A DNA stretch of 64,000 nt, taken from the NCBI GenBank assembly GCA_951406725.2, contig OX597824.1, positions 58,900,001 to 58,964,000 of the forward strand. The letters are read 5' to 3'. Numbering within the stretch: the stretch's first letter is position 1; each line of letters opens with the position of its first letter. Made by a program: the position numbers and the translations under genes. The notes under the pieces are model-generated. The model saw nothing but the letters and a program-made list of their open reading frames with translations, did no database searches and was not told the DNA's origin. Positions 11,787 through 25,064 of this stretch are shown piece after piece. This DNA comes from Octopus vulgaris. Its lineage: Eukaryota.

Positions 11787-14625
11787 ATGCCGGACTACAA
11801 ATCCTACCTCCTCACTATCCACCACCGTTTGAAAGATCAACTCCGCCTACTCCCTCCAAACTGCTTTCAGCCGTCCATTAATCTCTCTCTGCTTCTTTTT
11901 AAAAAACCCGCTTCTCTAGCCACGTCTCTTTTCTAAGCCGCTGCCTAAACGTTTCCGCCTCCATTTCCACCCTGCTCTCCACTCGGCTTCTTCCATCTTA
12001 CCCATACTCCGCACCACATCTTACCGCCTTATGCGGGCCACCATTCGCTCCAATCTCTCTAAACTACATACCATCAACCGCCTTTTCCCTTCTACTTTCT
12101 CCATATTTTTCTCCTCTCTGCCGCCTTTCCATGCTCCAAACACGCTACGCTTCATTATCCATTTGAATCACCTCTTCCATCAATTTCTTTCCAATACCAA
12201 ACTTCGTAAACTCCAATCACTCCTCTATTACACCACACCCGACGCCACCACCCCAACTCCTCCACTACCATTCTCCCCTCCTGATAGGCTCCATCCACCC
12301 ACACCTAACCCCACTGTCTCTCCCAACAACCCCCCATACATCTCCCCAATCCCTCCCCCCCAGGCCTCCACCAGCCCTACCACCCCTCCTACTCCTAATC
12401 CCATTCCATACACCCCTCATACTTCTATTCCACCCATCCCTTTTCCACTTCCGTCTGTTGTTACCATTCCTCCCGATCTTCCCCTCTCTACGGCGGAACG
12501 CTCCGTCCTTAGAAGGGGTCTGCGTTCATCCTCCTCACTCCATCCTGTAAGGAATTCCAGACGCGAGCTTTGTGCGCCGCGTCCGGTTGGGTGCGCATTC
12601 CCGCGACTCACCACCCGCATCCAACGATGAGGACTGCTTCACTGACCTGGGCCGCCGACCATCCCCATGGACGCCTGCCCCCGACCAGTTCCTAGCAGTG
12701 GATCTTTTCGCCGGCGCCTGTCAGCGTGCGTTGGAGCGGTTCAACTTCTCCAGGCGTCACCGCCGCCTCAATATCTCCCCGGCCGAGTTCTCGGCCCTTC
12801 GTTCCCTCCAACGGCGCGCTGACATTATCATCAAACCGGTTGACAAGGGGGGAGCTGTGGTGGTGTGGAGCGCGGACCTCTACAGGGCCAAGGCTCTCCG
12901 CCAACTCAATGACACCTCCTTCTACTCCCAGCTGTCCCCTAACCCCACACGTAGCTACCAACAGACGGTATCCTCTACTGTCCACGACCTCATCTCGTCC
13001 TCCCGTCTCCTCCACACCGCATCCAACCTAATTGTGCGAACCCCACGCACCCCCACCATTTACTTCCTCCCCCAAATACACAAACCCAACAACCCTGGCC
13101 GCCCCATCGTCTCCGCCTGTAACTGCCCCACGGAGCTCATCTCTAAATACCTCGACCTTGTCCTTGCCCCCCTAGTGGCGTCTCTTCCCTCCCATATCCA
13201 CGATACCAACCATGCTCTCCGGCTTTTCAACTCTTTCTCCTTTCCTCCCGGCTCCTCCAAAATCCTTTTTACTATGGACATCCAGAGCCTCTATACCGTC
13301 ATCCCTCACCACGAAGGACTGCGGGCACTTCAACACTTTCTCGACCTCCGCCCCAACCCTGAACCTGACACCTCCACACTCATTCGTCTGCCCGAACTTG
13401 TCCTTACTCTCAACTGCTTCTCGTTGGCGGGCGAGCTCTACCAACAGATCTCGGGAGTGGCCTTGGGAACGCGAATGGGCCCCAACTATGCGAACCTGTT
13501 CGTTGGCTATGTTGAGGCCCAAATATTCTCTAATTTCACTGGTCCGACTCCTGAACTATACGGTCGTTACATTGACGACATTATCGGTGCCACCTCACTC
13601 TCCCGTGAACATCTAGATTCCTTCCTCTCTTTCATTCAATCCTTCCATTCAGCCCTCCACTTCACCTCCACTATCTCCAACACCTCTGTCTCCTTCCTCG
13701 ACATTTCGGTCAGCATTCATCACTCCACTCTTACCACCTCCATTCACTACAAACACACAGACTCACACTCATACCTAAATTTCGCTTCCTCTCACCCAAA
13801 ACACACTAAGCTTTCCATCCCTATTCCCTATTCCTCCGTCTACGTAGGCTCTGTAGTGACGACCATGAATTTGAGACTCAGTCTCAACGCATGGCTCACC
13901 ACTTCATCCTACGTGGATACCCCCTCACCACTATCCACACCGCCCTTGCCAGAGCACGTTCCGTTGACCGTGCATCTACTCTCTCCCCCCGAATCCGCCC
14001 TGTAGTCTCCCGCCTCCCTTTTCCCCTCACTTACCACCCCACGACCCTACCTCTCTAACGCACCATTCTTCGAGCTTTCCGGCATCTCCAGTCCGACCCG
14101 TCCACTTCACACCTCTTCCTTAACCAACCCCTCTCCTCCTTCAAACGAGCCTATAACCTACGAGACCTTTTGGTCCACAGCTCCTTCCCTGACTCTACCT
14201 CCCAACCTGGTTCGTTCCCCTGCTCCCGCCCACGTTGCCGCACTTGCCCTTACCTCTCCAACACCACCCTCCTCACTGGCACCCATCATCGACCCTATCG
14301 CATCATCAACTCCTTCACCTGCACCTCCAGCAATATCATCTATAGCATCTCTTGCTCTCTCTGCCATTCCCTGTACATCGGACAAACGGGACGCCGCTTG
14401 GCTGACCGGTTCGCGGAACACCTCCGTGACATCCGCCTTGCCAACGTCACACCGGTCTCACGCCAATTCCGCTCCACCGGTCACTCCTTGCAACACCTGT
14501 CTGTGTTCGGTTTGTCCATGCACAGAGGCCATCCGGATTTCCGTTTGCGCCGTGAACAGGAATTAAACTTCTCTCTTCGCTCTTTTACGCCATTTGGTCT
14601 CAACTCTCCCCCCCTCCTCATCTAA
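11787..14625 (+). pseudogene. Neptune-type Penelope-like element ORF (RT plus GIY-YIG endonuclease) with frameshifts and a stop
   Basis: ccaccATG at 11787; IIIKPVDKGGAVVVW, IHKPNNPGRPIVS, FTMDIQSLYT, GVALGTRMGPNYANLF, YGRYIDDI; CSRPRCRTC linker; NIIYSISC..LYIGQTGRRLADRFAEH; GLN terminus. Confidence 0.93.
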
Positions 14626-15555
14626 CCCCCCTCGACCCCTACTTCTCTTCAGTCCTTCATCCTTTCACCCCTACTCTCTTTCCCTCCTCTTCCCTTCTTA
14701 CCTCTTTCTTCTTTCCTCTTCCCCTTCCCTCTTTCTCTCTGCTCCCTCACTCCACTTCTCTCTCCCCCGCTCTCTATCATCCCTCCTCCTCTCCCCTCCT
14801 CTTCTCCTCTCCTCCGTTCCCCCTTCCCCCTCCCCTCCCTCCTCTTCTCCTCTTTCAATCTCCCCCTCATCTTATCTCCTCCCCCTTATCTCACCCTCAC
14901 CCCCTCCTTCTTTCCTTCTCCCCCTCTCCCCCTCCTCACTCTCACCTTTCCCCCCTTCTCCCTCTTCCCTCCTCTTCTCCTCTTTCCTTTTCTCTCCTCT
15001 TCCCCTTCCCCCTCTTCCTCTCTTCCTCCTTCCTTCCTTCCTCTATCCCACTCTCCCCCCTCTTCCCCCTCATCTCTCCTCTCCTCTCTCTCTCCCTTAC
15101 CCCACCCCCTTATCTCCTCCCCATCCCATCCCCTCTCCCCCCTCATCTCTTCTCTCTATACTACACCATACGACATTACACATCACATCATACATACATA
15201 CACACGTCCAGACCTCTCATACGCACTACATACTCTCTCATACACACACCCTTATGTTGGGGCGTGGTCATTTGATCCTGTTATCTCCCCTATTTTCGCT
15301 CTTGCGTCTCACGTTTGATCTTTGACTTCTGGCCGGAATCAGATCGCCATGTTGATTCGCTAGCTTCTTCACGCATTTTTTTTCTCTCCTTGTTTCTTTC
15401 CGTGTTTCTTTTCTGTGTATCTTTCTGTTGAAGAGCGTAGGCTCGAAACGTAAAAGACTTGTTTTATTTATATTCCTGAGCGCCATACTAATACAATTGT
15501 TTGTTTGTACTCCACCTGCCTTCGTCTTTAGTTTATTTTCATAAAGCTTCCCATT
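14626..15555 (+). mobile_element. Downstream pseudo-LTR of the Neptune-type PLE
   Basis: Follows the ORF stop; repeats 10110-10965; ends in a TA-rich run. Confidence 0.88.
15420..15457 (+). ncRNA. Minimal PLE hammerhead ribozyme (core CUGUUGA), identical to 10830
   Basis: tctttctgttgaagagcgtaggctcgaaacgtaaaaga. Confidence 0.7.
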
Positions 15556-16464
15556 ATAATTATATATATGCGTACTCATTCAAACATAGAGTACACCAAA
15601 CGCAGTTACTAAAGCTTTCTTCTGTTTTTTTTTTCTTTCACAGCTACATAAATGGCGAAACAAACTAATATTTCGGTCAGGAATCCCCGGGTATCAGTAT
15701 TAGATGTCCATTGCAATCCTTAAGAAAGTACTGAATTTTAAGGTCAGTATTAGATATCAATAATATTTAACATCTTCATACAAGGCCAGATGTTTCTGCC
15801 ATTTACTACATTTCTCTTGTGATGCGTGAGTTATATCCGTAGAAAATTCCAATAAAATTTGTGCAGAAGGCTGCGAAATTGATCTGGTTTAATTAGCTAT
15901 ACTTAGAGGCAAGAATTGGGAGAAGGTATTTACCTGTACTGTCGGGTAATCTGAGTGAGTGAGCGGTTGTCCTACGTGATTAATACTCGCCCGCAATTTG
16001 TGTACACTTGTTCTTATTTTGTTCTTTATTGCTATTTATTTATTATATTCTTATTTATGTTTTTAATTTTGATTTCGACTTTACAAGTCACCATTGTTCG
16101 TTGTTATATCCCTTTATATTACTCTTTTACTCCATCCCCTATGTATTAAGCTCTTTGTCCAATAAAAATAAATCTCTTTACTGTTTGTATGAGTGTCGCT
16201 ATAAGTGTGTGTATCTATTTAGGTACATATATGTATATATGCATGTCTACAGTAATGTAGGTGAATTTGTGTGACCATCCTCTATTTCCCATATAATAAG
16301 GAGTTTATGCTCATTCCTGCCAGTATCGATGTTAGTCATTGCAGTTTAAACTTCAAAATCTTCGAAAATCCGCCATTATGCTGCATGCACACCCCATTCA
16401 CATTGCAGGCTTTATCTCTGAGATCAATACAGGTCAAAGAATTTTTGCTCAGGAGCAAAATAGC

Positions 16465-16825
16465 AGAGTTACATATCGACAGGTGTTGTATTATAACTCG
16501 TGTTGTATGTTGACTGGTGCTACATATTCAGTGGTGTTACATGTCGACTGAGGCTACATGCTGACTGGTACTACATGTTTACAGGCATTGTACGTTGGTT
16601 GTGGCTACACAATGGGGCTTGGACTTCACTGCATGTCACTTATTGCTATATGTTGGATGGTGGTGCATGTTGTCTGGTGAAACGTGTTGGCCAGCGTTAT
16701 GTGCTGGCTGATTCGGCTTGTTGACTGATGCTATATGCTGCTTGATGTAGAATGTTTGCTGGAGCTATATGTTGACCAATGCAACATGTTCGCTGTTGTC
16801 ACATAACTCTGAGGCTTACTACATA
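16465..16825. repeat. Degenerate ~20-bp minisatellite (atgttgactggtgctac-like)
   Basis: Recurring atgYtgactgg..ctacat units. Confidence 0.7.
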
Positions 16826-17946
16826 TCTCTATATTGAATCACTGACTGCAGTCATTTTCTACAACGATTCTCTTTGATATTTTCATAATACTGCAAAGAA
16901 GGATGCATTCGGTGTGAGTTACTGTCATAGATACATTTGAAAAGAAAATCTTCAAATCTCTCAGGAGCAGCAATGGGTATCTAGATTTTCATTTTTTCTA
17001 AGAAATGGAAAATGGATTTGTCAGATGCATATTGTTATACAAACTATTTGAAGATCTTAGAATTGCCGAATTATGCAATCCAAACTGCGAGTTGATATGT
17101 CAATACAATTCTGAATATAATTCACTTATATCTGCATGGGAAACACGGAAGAAGACGCTTCTGTTTTATATTATATTACAACTTTCAGTCACAATACTGT
17201 GTTGTTTTAAACGGTACACTTGCCCCACGTGTATATTATGCGTACATACATTCACACACATACATACATACATATAGATACATACATATACTTTTGACGT
17301 CATAAGAATTTTTAAACTCTGAGAGAACATGAAATAATTTATTTTGGGAACGGTGGATCCTTGAAGAAAATAAAGCTACAAGTATTAGCCTGTTAATAAT
17401 TGGTTAAAAAAACCCCTTTGGATACAATATTGGAAGGTTGCCTATGGGACTAGAACCCACATTTCCTGCAAACATGACTGGTGTTTCACCATTGAACGAA
17501 AAGCATTCTTTCGAATTTCTATATCCATTTTAGAAACTTCATTCTTATATTCAAGAATTGTATGTTTTTGACGTCGTAAGTATTTATAAACATCGAGAAA
17601 ACATGAAATAATAATTTTCTCTGGAACGGTGGATCTCGAAAAGGATAAAGCTATAAAAGATAGCGTGTACAGATTGGGTTCAAACCCCTTTATAGAGTAA
17701 TTGTTTGGGTGTTGCAGTCACAATCTCAAAATCGTGGTTTCGATTCGCAGATTGGCGGTGTGTATCAACATCCGATGGTCTGCTGATACAGTTATATGTA
17801 TATGTATGTGTGTGTGTGTGCATGCATGCGTGTGTGTGTGAGTGTATATGCGTGTGGTGTGAGTGTGTGTGTGCGTGAATGTGTGTGTGTGAGTGTGTGT
17901 GTGAGCGTGTATCTATATACATTTATTTATACATAAATATATATAC

Positions 17947-18012
<66 letters not shown>

Positions 18013-18186
18013 GAAAATAGTAATGCAATACGAGAGTATTACTTTCCAGTAAAGGATAGCCCTTGAGGGTAAAATTATACATAAAACTAAATAAATGGTA
18101 CACTGTTCTCGTTCTGTTAACGTTTTGGCGTTCAGACGAGTGTACTGGCATAGATGTGGCAACGTTTGAAATATATGTCGAGGTTT

Positions 18187-18259
18187 ATGCAGCTGATGAA
18201 GATAAATCAAATATACGTGTGGCAAGCGTATTTTGAAAAATCCGAAACCGGTACTGCAT
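18187..18259 (+). ncRNA. Type-I hammerhead ribozyme with canonical core
   Basis: atgcag CTGATGA agat..atcc GAAAC cg GTA ctgcat; 6-bp stem I, palindromic stem III ACCGGU; inside a (TA)n-flanked insert at about 18010-18447. Confidence 0.75.
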
Positions 18260-18719
18260 TATCCGTTATCTAGGTTTTTCATTTTTCAGATGTTCTCCCT
18301 AGAGGTAAGACAATTGTATTCATGTTTGTTGCACACACGCATCTTTACTAGTACATACGCAGTGAAGCTATACATTAGCGTCGTATTTATTACGTTCGCT
18401 ATTTTCCAGTAGATATCGGTACTTCGTTGTACCATTTATTTACTTTTATATATACATATATATGTATATATGTATATATATATATATATAATTTTCATTT
18501 ACATTTTCATTTTATCTAGTTTCAGCTCACGAGTTGTGGCCATGCTGGGGCACCGCCATATATATATATATATATATATATATCACCAAAAGTACTATTT
18601 GCTGATTAAGTATATCAATTCTTAGTTTACTACGAAGGCTGGATTCGTTGAACGTTGCTGATGAAGCGTAACGCTACAGAAACGTATGCATCCTATGATC
18701 TGACAACCTCGTTCCAGAC

Positions 18720-19330
18720 CCATTTACAATTTTTTCGTCTTTTATTCGTTTCAGTTATTGAATTGTAGCCATGCTGGAGCCTGTCATGAAGGTTGCAGTC
18801 GTACAAATCATCTCCTGACCTTATTTTCAAGGTAGCTACTTATTTTTTGTTACATCTTTTGCTTGTTTTAGTCGTTAAACTGCAACCATGCTGGAACAAC
18901 GCTTTAGAGAATTTTTTCCCGACAAATTCGACCGCAGAACGTTTTTTAAGGCCTGGTATTTATGCTATCGGTTCTTTTGCCGAACCGTTAGGTTACGAGG
19001 ACGTTAACACACAACACCGGCTGTCAAGCGGTAGTAAGGCACATACAAAAATACACGCGCGTGCACACTTATATACGGCAGGCTTCTTTCTGTTACCGTC
19101 TACCAAATTTACTGTGAAAGACCTTGGTCGGCCCGAGACTAGAGTAGAAGGCTGTTGCCCAAAGTGCCACGCAGTAGATCTGAACACGCAACAACATGAC
19201 TGGGAAACAAACTCTTTAGTACACTGCCACGCTTGCTCCTTAAAGCCACGCCAGCATATATCGGGATCTTTCCCCCGAACCACGTTATGGTATTGTAAAC
19301 AAACTAGCACCAGTTGTTAAGCACTAGGAA
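18720..19330 (-). mobile_element. Decayed SINE(s) of the 5228 family
   Basis: ggcttctttctgttaccgtctacc, ttgcccaaagtgccacgcagt, ccatgctggagc. Confidence 0.65.
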
Positions 19331-19427
19331 GACAACTTCAAATACAGAGACGCGCACCCAAGTCCCGCATTAATATATACAAAGGCCCAGACAAACAGAC
19401 AGACAGAAATATGTACGTACATTCATA

Positions 19428-19790
19428 GAGGTTAGCAGCTGTCCTACTGGTGTGAATATCTCTTTGAAGCTCAAAGAGAAATCAGATAACTATGGAATCT
19501 GCTTCGAAACATCCAGCTTCTATAACCGGATTACAAATTTACATATATACCAATAACCTGTGCACTTGGTTTTGTAAATCGGCTTGGATTTTCAGAAAAA
19601 GAAATCAACCAACTGATTTGCGCATTACAAATACAATCTATAAGTGGAACAGTAAAACTATGCAAAAATTTTCTCATGTTTAAAATGCGACATTGTTTCC
19701 GTTATCTAGATTACAAAGATAGAGGTTTGTATCCTTGTTAGAAACCAGTTCCTTCTTCGGAGGAAGAATTTTAATGATTAAATACTGAAG
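19428..19790 (+). mobile_element. 3' end of a (CATA)n-tailed RLE LINE
   Basis: Homologous to 55130-55515 (LRNIQLLY..LGFSEKEI..LQIQSISGTVKLCK); followed by (TACA)n. Confidence 0.75.
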
Positions 19791-19871
19791 ATACATACAT
19801 ACATACATACATACATACATACATACATACATACATACATACATACATACATACATACATACATACATACA

Positions 19872-20618
19872 TGACGGCCTTCCACTCGTGACCGAGGAAG
19901 ACCATTACTGACCTTCAGGAACTTTGTGCGCGCTAGGATTAACTTATATTTTGCTTTTGCGGCTCCGTTGGTAGTTAATGAGCCCTGATCTTGACAAGCA
20001 TACACGACTGCAAACATTGCAGACCAATTTTTCCCTATTCACTACACCAGCAGTGCGCTTTCGAGCAGCGCGCTTAAGTTCTTCATGCTGAATACGTGTT
20101 CTCTCAAAAGTGTCGACCCCCTCCTTAACCTGATCCCTCCATTTGTGACAATGAAAGGCATTGTTCTCCCAGCCAGACTTCTGCATATCAAAGGCCTTTA
20201 AGGAGGACTTGACAGAGTTCATAAATCACAACCATGGTTTCTTCCGGGGTCTCTTTCCATTCACAAGTTCCCCGTATAGCATTTATTTAGGGATCATGCT
20301 ATCCTTCATTCTAATAAGGTGTCCAGTCCATCGCCTCAATACTCAAGATATCAGCTGTCCTCAGAACCTGTGTATCTGGAGTTTTTAAGGTCCAGCCAAC
20401 ATTCAGAATGTGTCTGAGACATCTCTGATGAATGTGTTCAATGATCCTTATGTTTGTAAAGGGTTCATGTCTCACATGAGTAAAGGAGCGAAGTTCACGT
20501 GCACGGTACACAGCAATTTTTGTTTGCTTTGCTGGGACCAGACACGAGTTTGAAGAGACCGGAAGGAATAAGTTGTTCTCTGCAGCCTGAAAGTTATTTC
20601 ATCGTCCAGGGAGCAAGA
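19872..20618 (-). mobile_element. RTE-clade LINE 3' fragment within (TACA)n
   Basis: [36 protein letters not shown]-terminal CNVCSRVCLSRSGLINYQR. Confidence 0.85.
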
Positions 20619-20677
20619 ACATACATACATACATACATACATACATACATACATACATACATACATACATACATACA

Positions 20678-20708
<31 letters not shown>

Positions 20709-22210
20709 GACGAGCTTCTACAGTTTCTGTCTATTAAATGCAACTAATTGAAGCGCAAGAAAGGGAGACTGAACCCGAAAGTACGTGGTTGCGAAGCGAA
20801 TTCGTAGCCACTTAGCCATGTATGCGTCCATATTTAACTTTGAAAGACGATTTCTTTTCTCACCAAGTAACTTACATTTTTGGATATATGCATAAAAGTT
20901 CGTTCATATATCCCAGCAATTTTCTTTGATGCTGCCTTTCCAACGAAGATCTTCAATAAGGTTGCAACATGTCCTGCTCCGTATCATTTACTTGTTAAAA
21001 ACAAAATTAAAAAAGAAATATTAGTAGATCATAAATATTATTTTTCACTCATCATATATTTTGCCTACTTTAGAAAAAATCTTTTTAATCTCCCAAGCAT
21101 TAAATAGACCGTCAACCAATCGCTAACGTCAATTAAAGTAATCCTGTGGTAATGGAACGAATATTTAAACTATATACATCAAGGCAGTTTTATCATGGGA
21201 AGAACCTATGAACTACCAACACAAAGAGAGCTCGACATATGATATGCGAGGGAATATATCTCACATGCAAGAATTATCTGAGAGAGAAAAAATCTAGATT
21301 TATTCATTAAATGGCACAGAGGGAACATCTTTGAATGCCTTGTAAATTTGAATATTAAAAACGAAAAACTACCAACGTATACACAAACCTGCTCATTCAT
21401 AGATACATTAACACACCGATGCACAAATTACTTACACACATATACACAAACATACATTCACGATCCAGACACAAAATTGAATCAAGTTGCACATTTACAA
21501 GTATCTTTGTCTCTCACAGTATTCAGTTGTTCAACTGTGGCTAAACTGGAGCATATCGACCCTATAAATGTTTCAGTATGCTACTTCAATAATTGTCGAT
21601 CCGTTAAATTGGTTTTTATATAACACGTCGAAACTAGAGACATCGGTTTAGACACTCAACCATCGAGGCACGCACACACATACATCCATATACACATCCA
21701 CATACACACTCACACACAACCCAAAATTGTTTTAGGAAGACAATACGATGTAAGTTCGAAATAAAGTAAAAAGAGTAAAATAGAAAGTAAAATCAGTTTA
21801 TATATTTCTTAAATTATTAATATTTCGGAAATTGAAAAGCTCCATAACATGAGAAAATGAAGGATGGGCATTACATGGTAAGACTGGCACAGATGTATGA
21901 CTATGGCGATTGTATTCGGGAGTATATATATACATTTTTCTAAACCGCACACATACACGCACACACACTCACAAACAAATGCGCGTATATTTGTGCGTAT
22001 ATACACACATATATTGTGCGTATATACACACATGTATTTATATATACATATAAAGAGAGAGAGAGAGAGAGAAAGAGAGATTATGGGACTTTATTCCCTT
22101 CTTTCTTATACATATATTTTTCTGTGTTAGTCATGCGGTTGCGGTCATACTGGAGCATCCCCGTGAAGATATACATACATAGACACACACATACACATAT
22201 ATATATATAT

Positions 22211-22475
22211 GTAGGTAGGTAGATAGGTAGGTAGGTAGGTAGGTTGGTAGGTAGGCAGGTAGATAGGTAGGTAGGTAGATAGGTAGGTAGGTAGGTAGGT
22301 AGGTAGATAGGTAGGTAGGTAGATAGGTAGGTAGGTAGATAGGTAAGTAGGCAGGTAGGTAGGTAGATAAGTAGGTAGGTATGTATGTATGTATGTATGT
22401 ATGTATGTATGTATGTAGGTAGGTAGGTAGGTGGGTAGGTAGGTAGGTAGGTAGGTAGGTAGGTAGGTAGGCAGG
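22211..22475. repeat. (AGGT)n/(ATGT)n microsatellite
   Basis: Direct reading. Confidence 0.95.
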
Positions 22476-22479
22476 AAGA

Positions 22480-23075
22480 AGATTCTTGAACTTAGTGGAT
22501 ATCCACTTCTATGGAACCCATAGATACAATAAAATCGTTAAGTGACACACAATAAAAGTTACCTTTTCTTGTCCTCCTAATGTTAAGTCATACATTAATA
22601 ACCAACGAACAACACAAGCCTGTCCCGGATGCACATGTAGAGATAATCTAAATGTCCTCTATGATAGGAGTGCGATATATCTTTCGTTGTTTATGAAGTA
22701 CTGGATTCAGAAAACTACGATAATGGTCTTACAAATATCAAATTTTATACTGGAGCCGTGGAAGGAAAATTTAAATTTAGATATAACAACCGAGTTTCGA
22801 ATCTTAGGTACTGTGATAAGAGACATTCATCATCTCTTTCGGCTTTAATCTTGAAACTTAAACACAAAGGGACCAATTTCGATATCAAATAGAAAATCCT
22901 CTCTAAATCCAGATCCAATGTTAACAGGTCTAAAAAAATGTTTAGTGTGTCCGTTTGAAAAACTGTACCTATTAAAGCTCTTGAGAACCTCCATCAAAAT
23001 GCATAAATTCCAGGAACGAAATCTTTCCTTTATGTCCATATTTAAAAAATTAAACTTCTCAGAAATTAAAAGTAG
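22480..23075 (+). mobile_element. Naiad-type PLE GIY-YIG endonuclease relic
   Basis: HTIKVTFSCPPN, CTCRDN..KCPL..EC, FVVYE, FYTGAVEGKFKFRYNN, LKHKGTNFDIK, CLVCPFEK. Confidence 0.75.
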
Positions 23076-23507
23076 ACCACCGGACACATAATAAACAATT
23101 AACATCTGGTTTACGTCTACTTGATAACAACTTATTGAAACGTTGATTATCCCCCTTATGCTTTCGTTTTCGTCTTCTTTACAAGCGGCTTTTGTTTAAA
23201 CGTTAACGCTATCTTCTCAAAAGGCAACTGACAAACGGTTTTGTTTTCAGGTTAACAAATGGAATAAATTATTATTGCGACCAAGAGACCCTGAGTGGCT
23301 GTAATTGCAAGATATGTAGTCTTTAATTAAAGATTATCATTACGCTCTTTGCTGATCGAGTGCTTTTCTACTTGTTGAAAATTACTTCACATTATATATT
23401 TAAATCTAAACACACACACACACATACATACATACATACACTTATACATACATACATATATACATACCTATATACCTATATATATATAGACACATATATG
23501 TATATAC

Positions 23508-23550
<43 letters not shown>

Positions 23551-23565
23551 TAGATACATACATAG

Positions 23566-23657
<92 letters not shown>

Positions 23658-23810
23658 TATATAAACCAGGGTAGCAAATTCACGTCAGAAACACGGTTGA
23701 AGCGACCTGTCCAAGGGTAGAAACTCCGGGTTCATGTGCAGAAATTTGTGTGTTGTATATGAATAAATGAAAGAATGGAGTCGAACGAAGATGTTAACAA
23801 AATTCCTTTA

Positions 23811-23892
23811 CTCTCGACTTATGTTTCGAAGACAACATGGTTTCATTCCAAAGGAATAAAGGGTGCATTATGTAATCTTCTCATCAGGAAAG
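23811..23892 (-). ncRNA. Type-I hammerhead ribozyme (minus strand)
   Basis: Reverse complement reads ctttc CTGATGA gaaga..tcttc GAAAC ataa GTC gagag. Confidence 0.78.
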
Positions 23893-23929
23893 AAAGGGAG
23901 CCGTCTTGTTGTCGAGAGAGGCTCCCTTT

Positions 23930-24011
23930 CTTTTCTGATGAGAAGATTGCATAATGCACCCTTTATTCCTTTGGAATGAAACCATGATGTCTTCGAAACA
24001 TATGTCGAGAG
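23930..24011 (+). ncRNA. Type-I hammerhead ribozyme (plus strand)
   Basis: ctttt CTGATGA gaaga..tcttc GAAAC atat GTC gagag; palindromic stem III ACAUAUGU. Confidence 0.8.
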
Positions 24012-24049
24012 TAAAGGAATTTTGTTAACATCTTCGTTCGGCTCCATTC

Positions 24050-24099
<50 letters not shown>

Positions 24100-24101
<2 letters not shown>

Positions 24102-24310
24102 AGAGTATTGTAGTTCGCTTGAAGCATTGTGTATTGTTTGTAAGGATTAAAAGTTTTGAATGGTACAACAATGCACTATAATACAGACAATGGGCTATAT
24201 ACCTGTTGTAATTTAGTGATCCATAGTGTGACTATAGATATATACAACAGGTATATAGCCCATTGTCTGTATTATAGTGCATTGTTGTACCATTCAAAAC
24301 TTTTATTCTT
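24100..24310. repeat. Fold-back element in (TA)n, ~68-bp arms, no hammerhead visible
   Basis: Arms 24142-24210 / 24243-24310 plus left tail. Confidence 0.85.
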
Positions 24311-24311
24311 G

Positions 24312-24346
<35 letters not shown>

Positions 24347-24409
24347 TGTATGTATGCATGTATATGTACATGAAGTGTTATTCTCTGTGTCACTAGCGCA
24401 AACATGCAC

Positions 24410-24509
<100 letters not shown>

Positions 24510-24764
24510 GTGTTCGTGTGTGTGTGTGAGCGTGTGTGTGTACAGGTACGAGCGTCACACACACAGAGCAAGTATCTCCTATACAGAAAAATACATACAT
24601 ATTTATATACATGCATACATGAATACATACATATGTATATACAAGCACACATACATACATACACATACACACACAGACACACACATACATATATACATAT
24701 ATACATATAGATATATACACTCATATATATGTATATATGTATATATATATATATATAACACGTG

Positions 24765-25064
24765 ACCACGTGATCACGTGACCGATCAGGCTATCAGATG
24801 TTGCTACACATCGCTGGTCACAATGCGCTTCGCATTGTTTTAGCCTTCAAATGATGCCACCCCGCTAGCTAAGCGAGCAGGCCAACAGAAAAAATAGTGA
24901 GAGAAAGTTGCAGCGATAGAGTACAGCAGGGATCGCCACCACCCCCTGCCGGAGCCTCGTGGAGCTTTAGGTGCTTTCGCTCAATAAACACTCACAACGA
25001 CTGGTCAGAGAATCGAAATCGCGATTCTTCGACCGTGAGTCCTAACCACTAGGCCATTGCGCCT

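Larger units (their letters stand above)
23663..24058. mobile_element. Fold-back PLE-derived element in (TA)n: ~100-bp tail plus ~140-bp inverted arms
   Basis: Arms 23763-23902 / 23920-24058; paralog at 26723-27150. Confidence 0.85.

Noticed and set aside
23225-23280. Hammerhead downstream of the 22.5-kb Naiad (gcaa CTGACAA..GGAAT..ttgc)
   Set aside because: Two core changes and no clear stem II; at best a decayed relic
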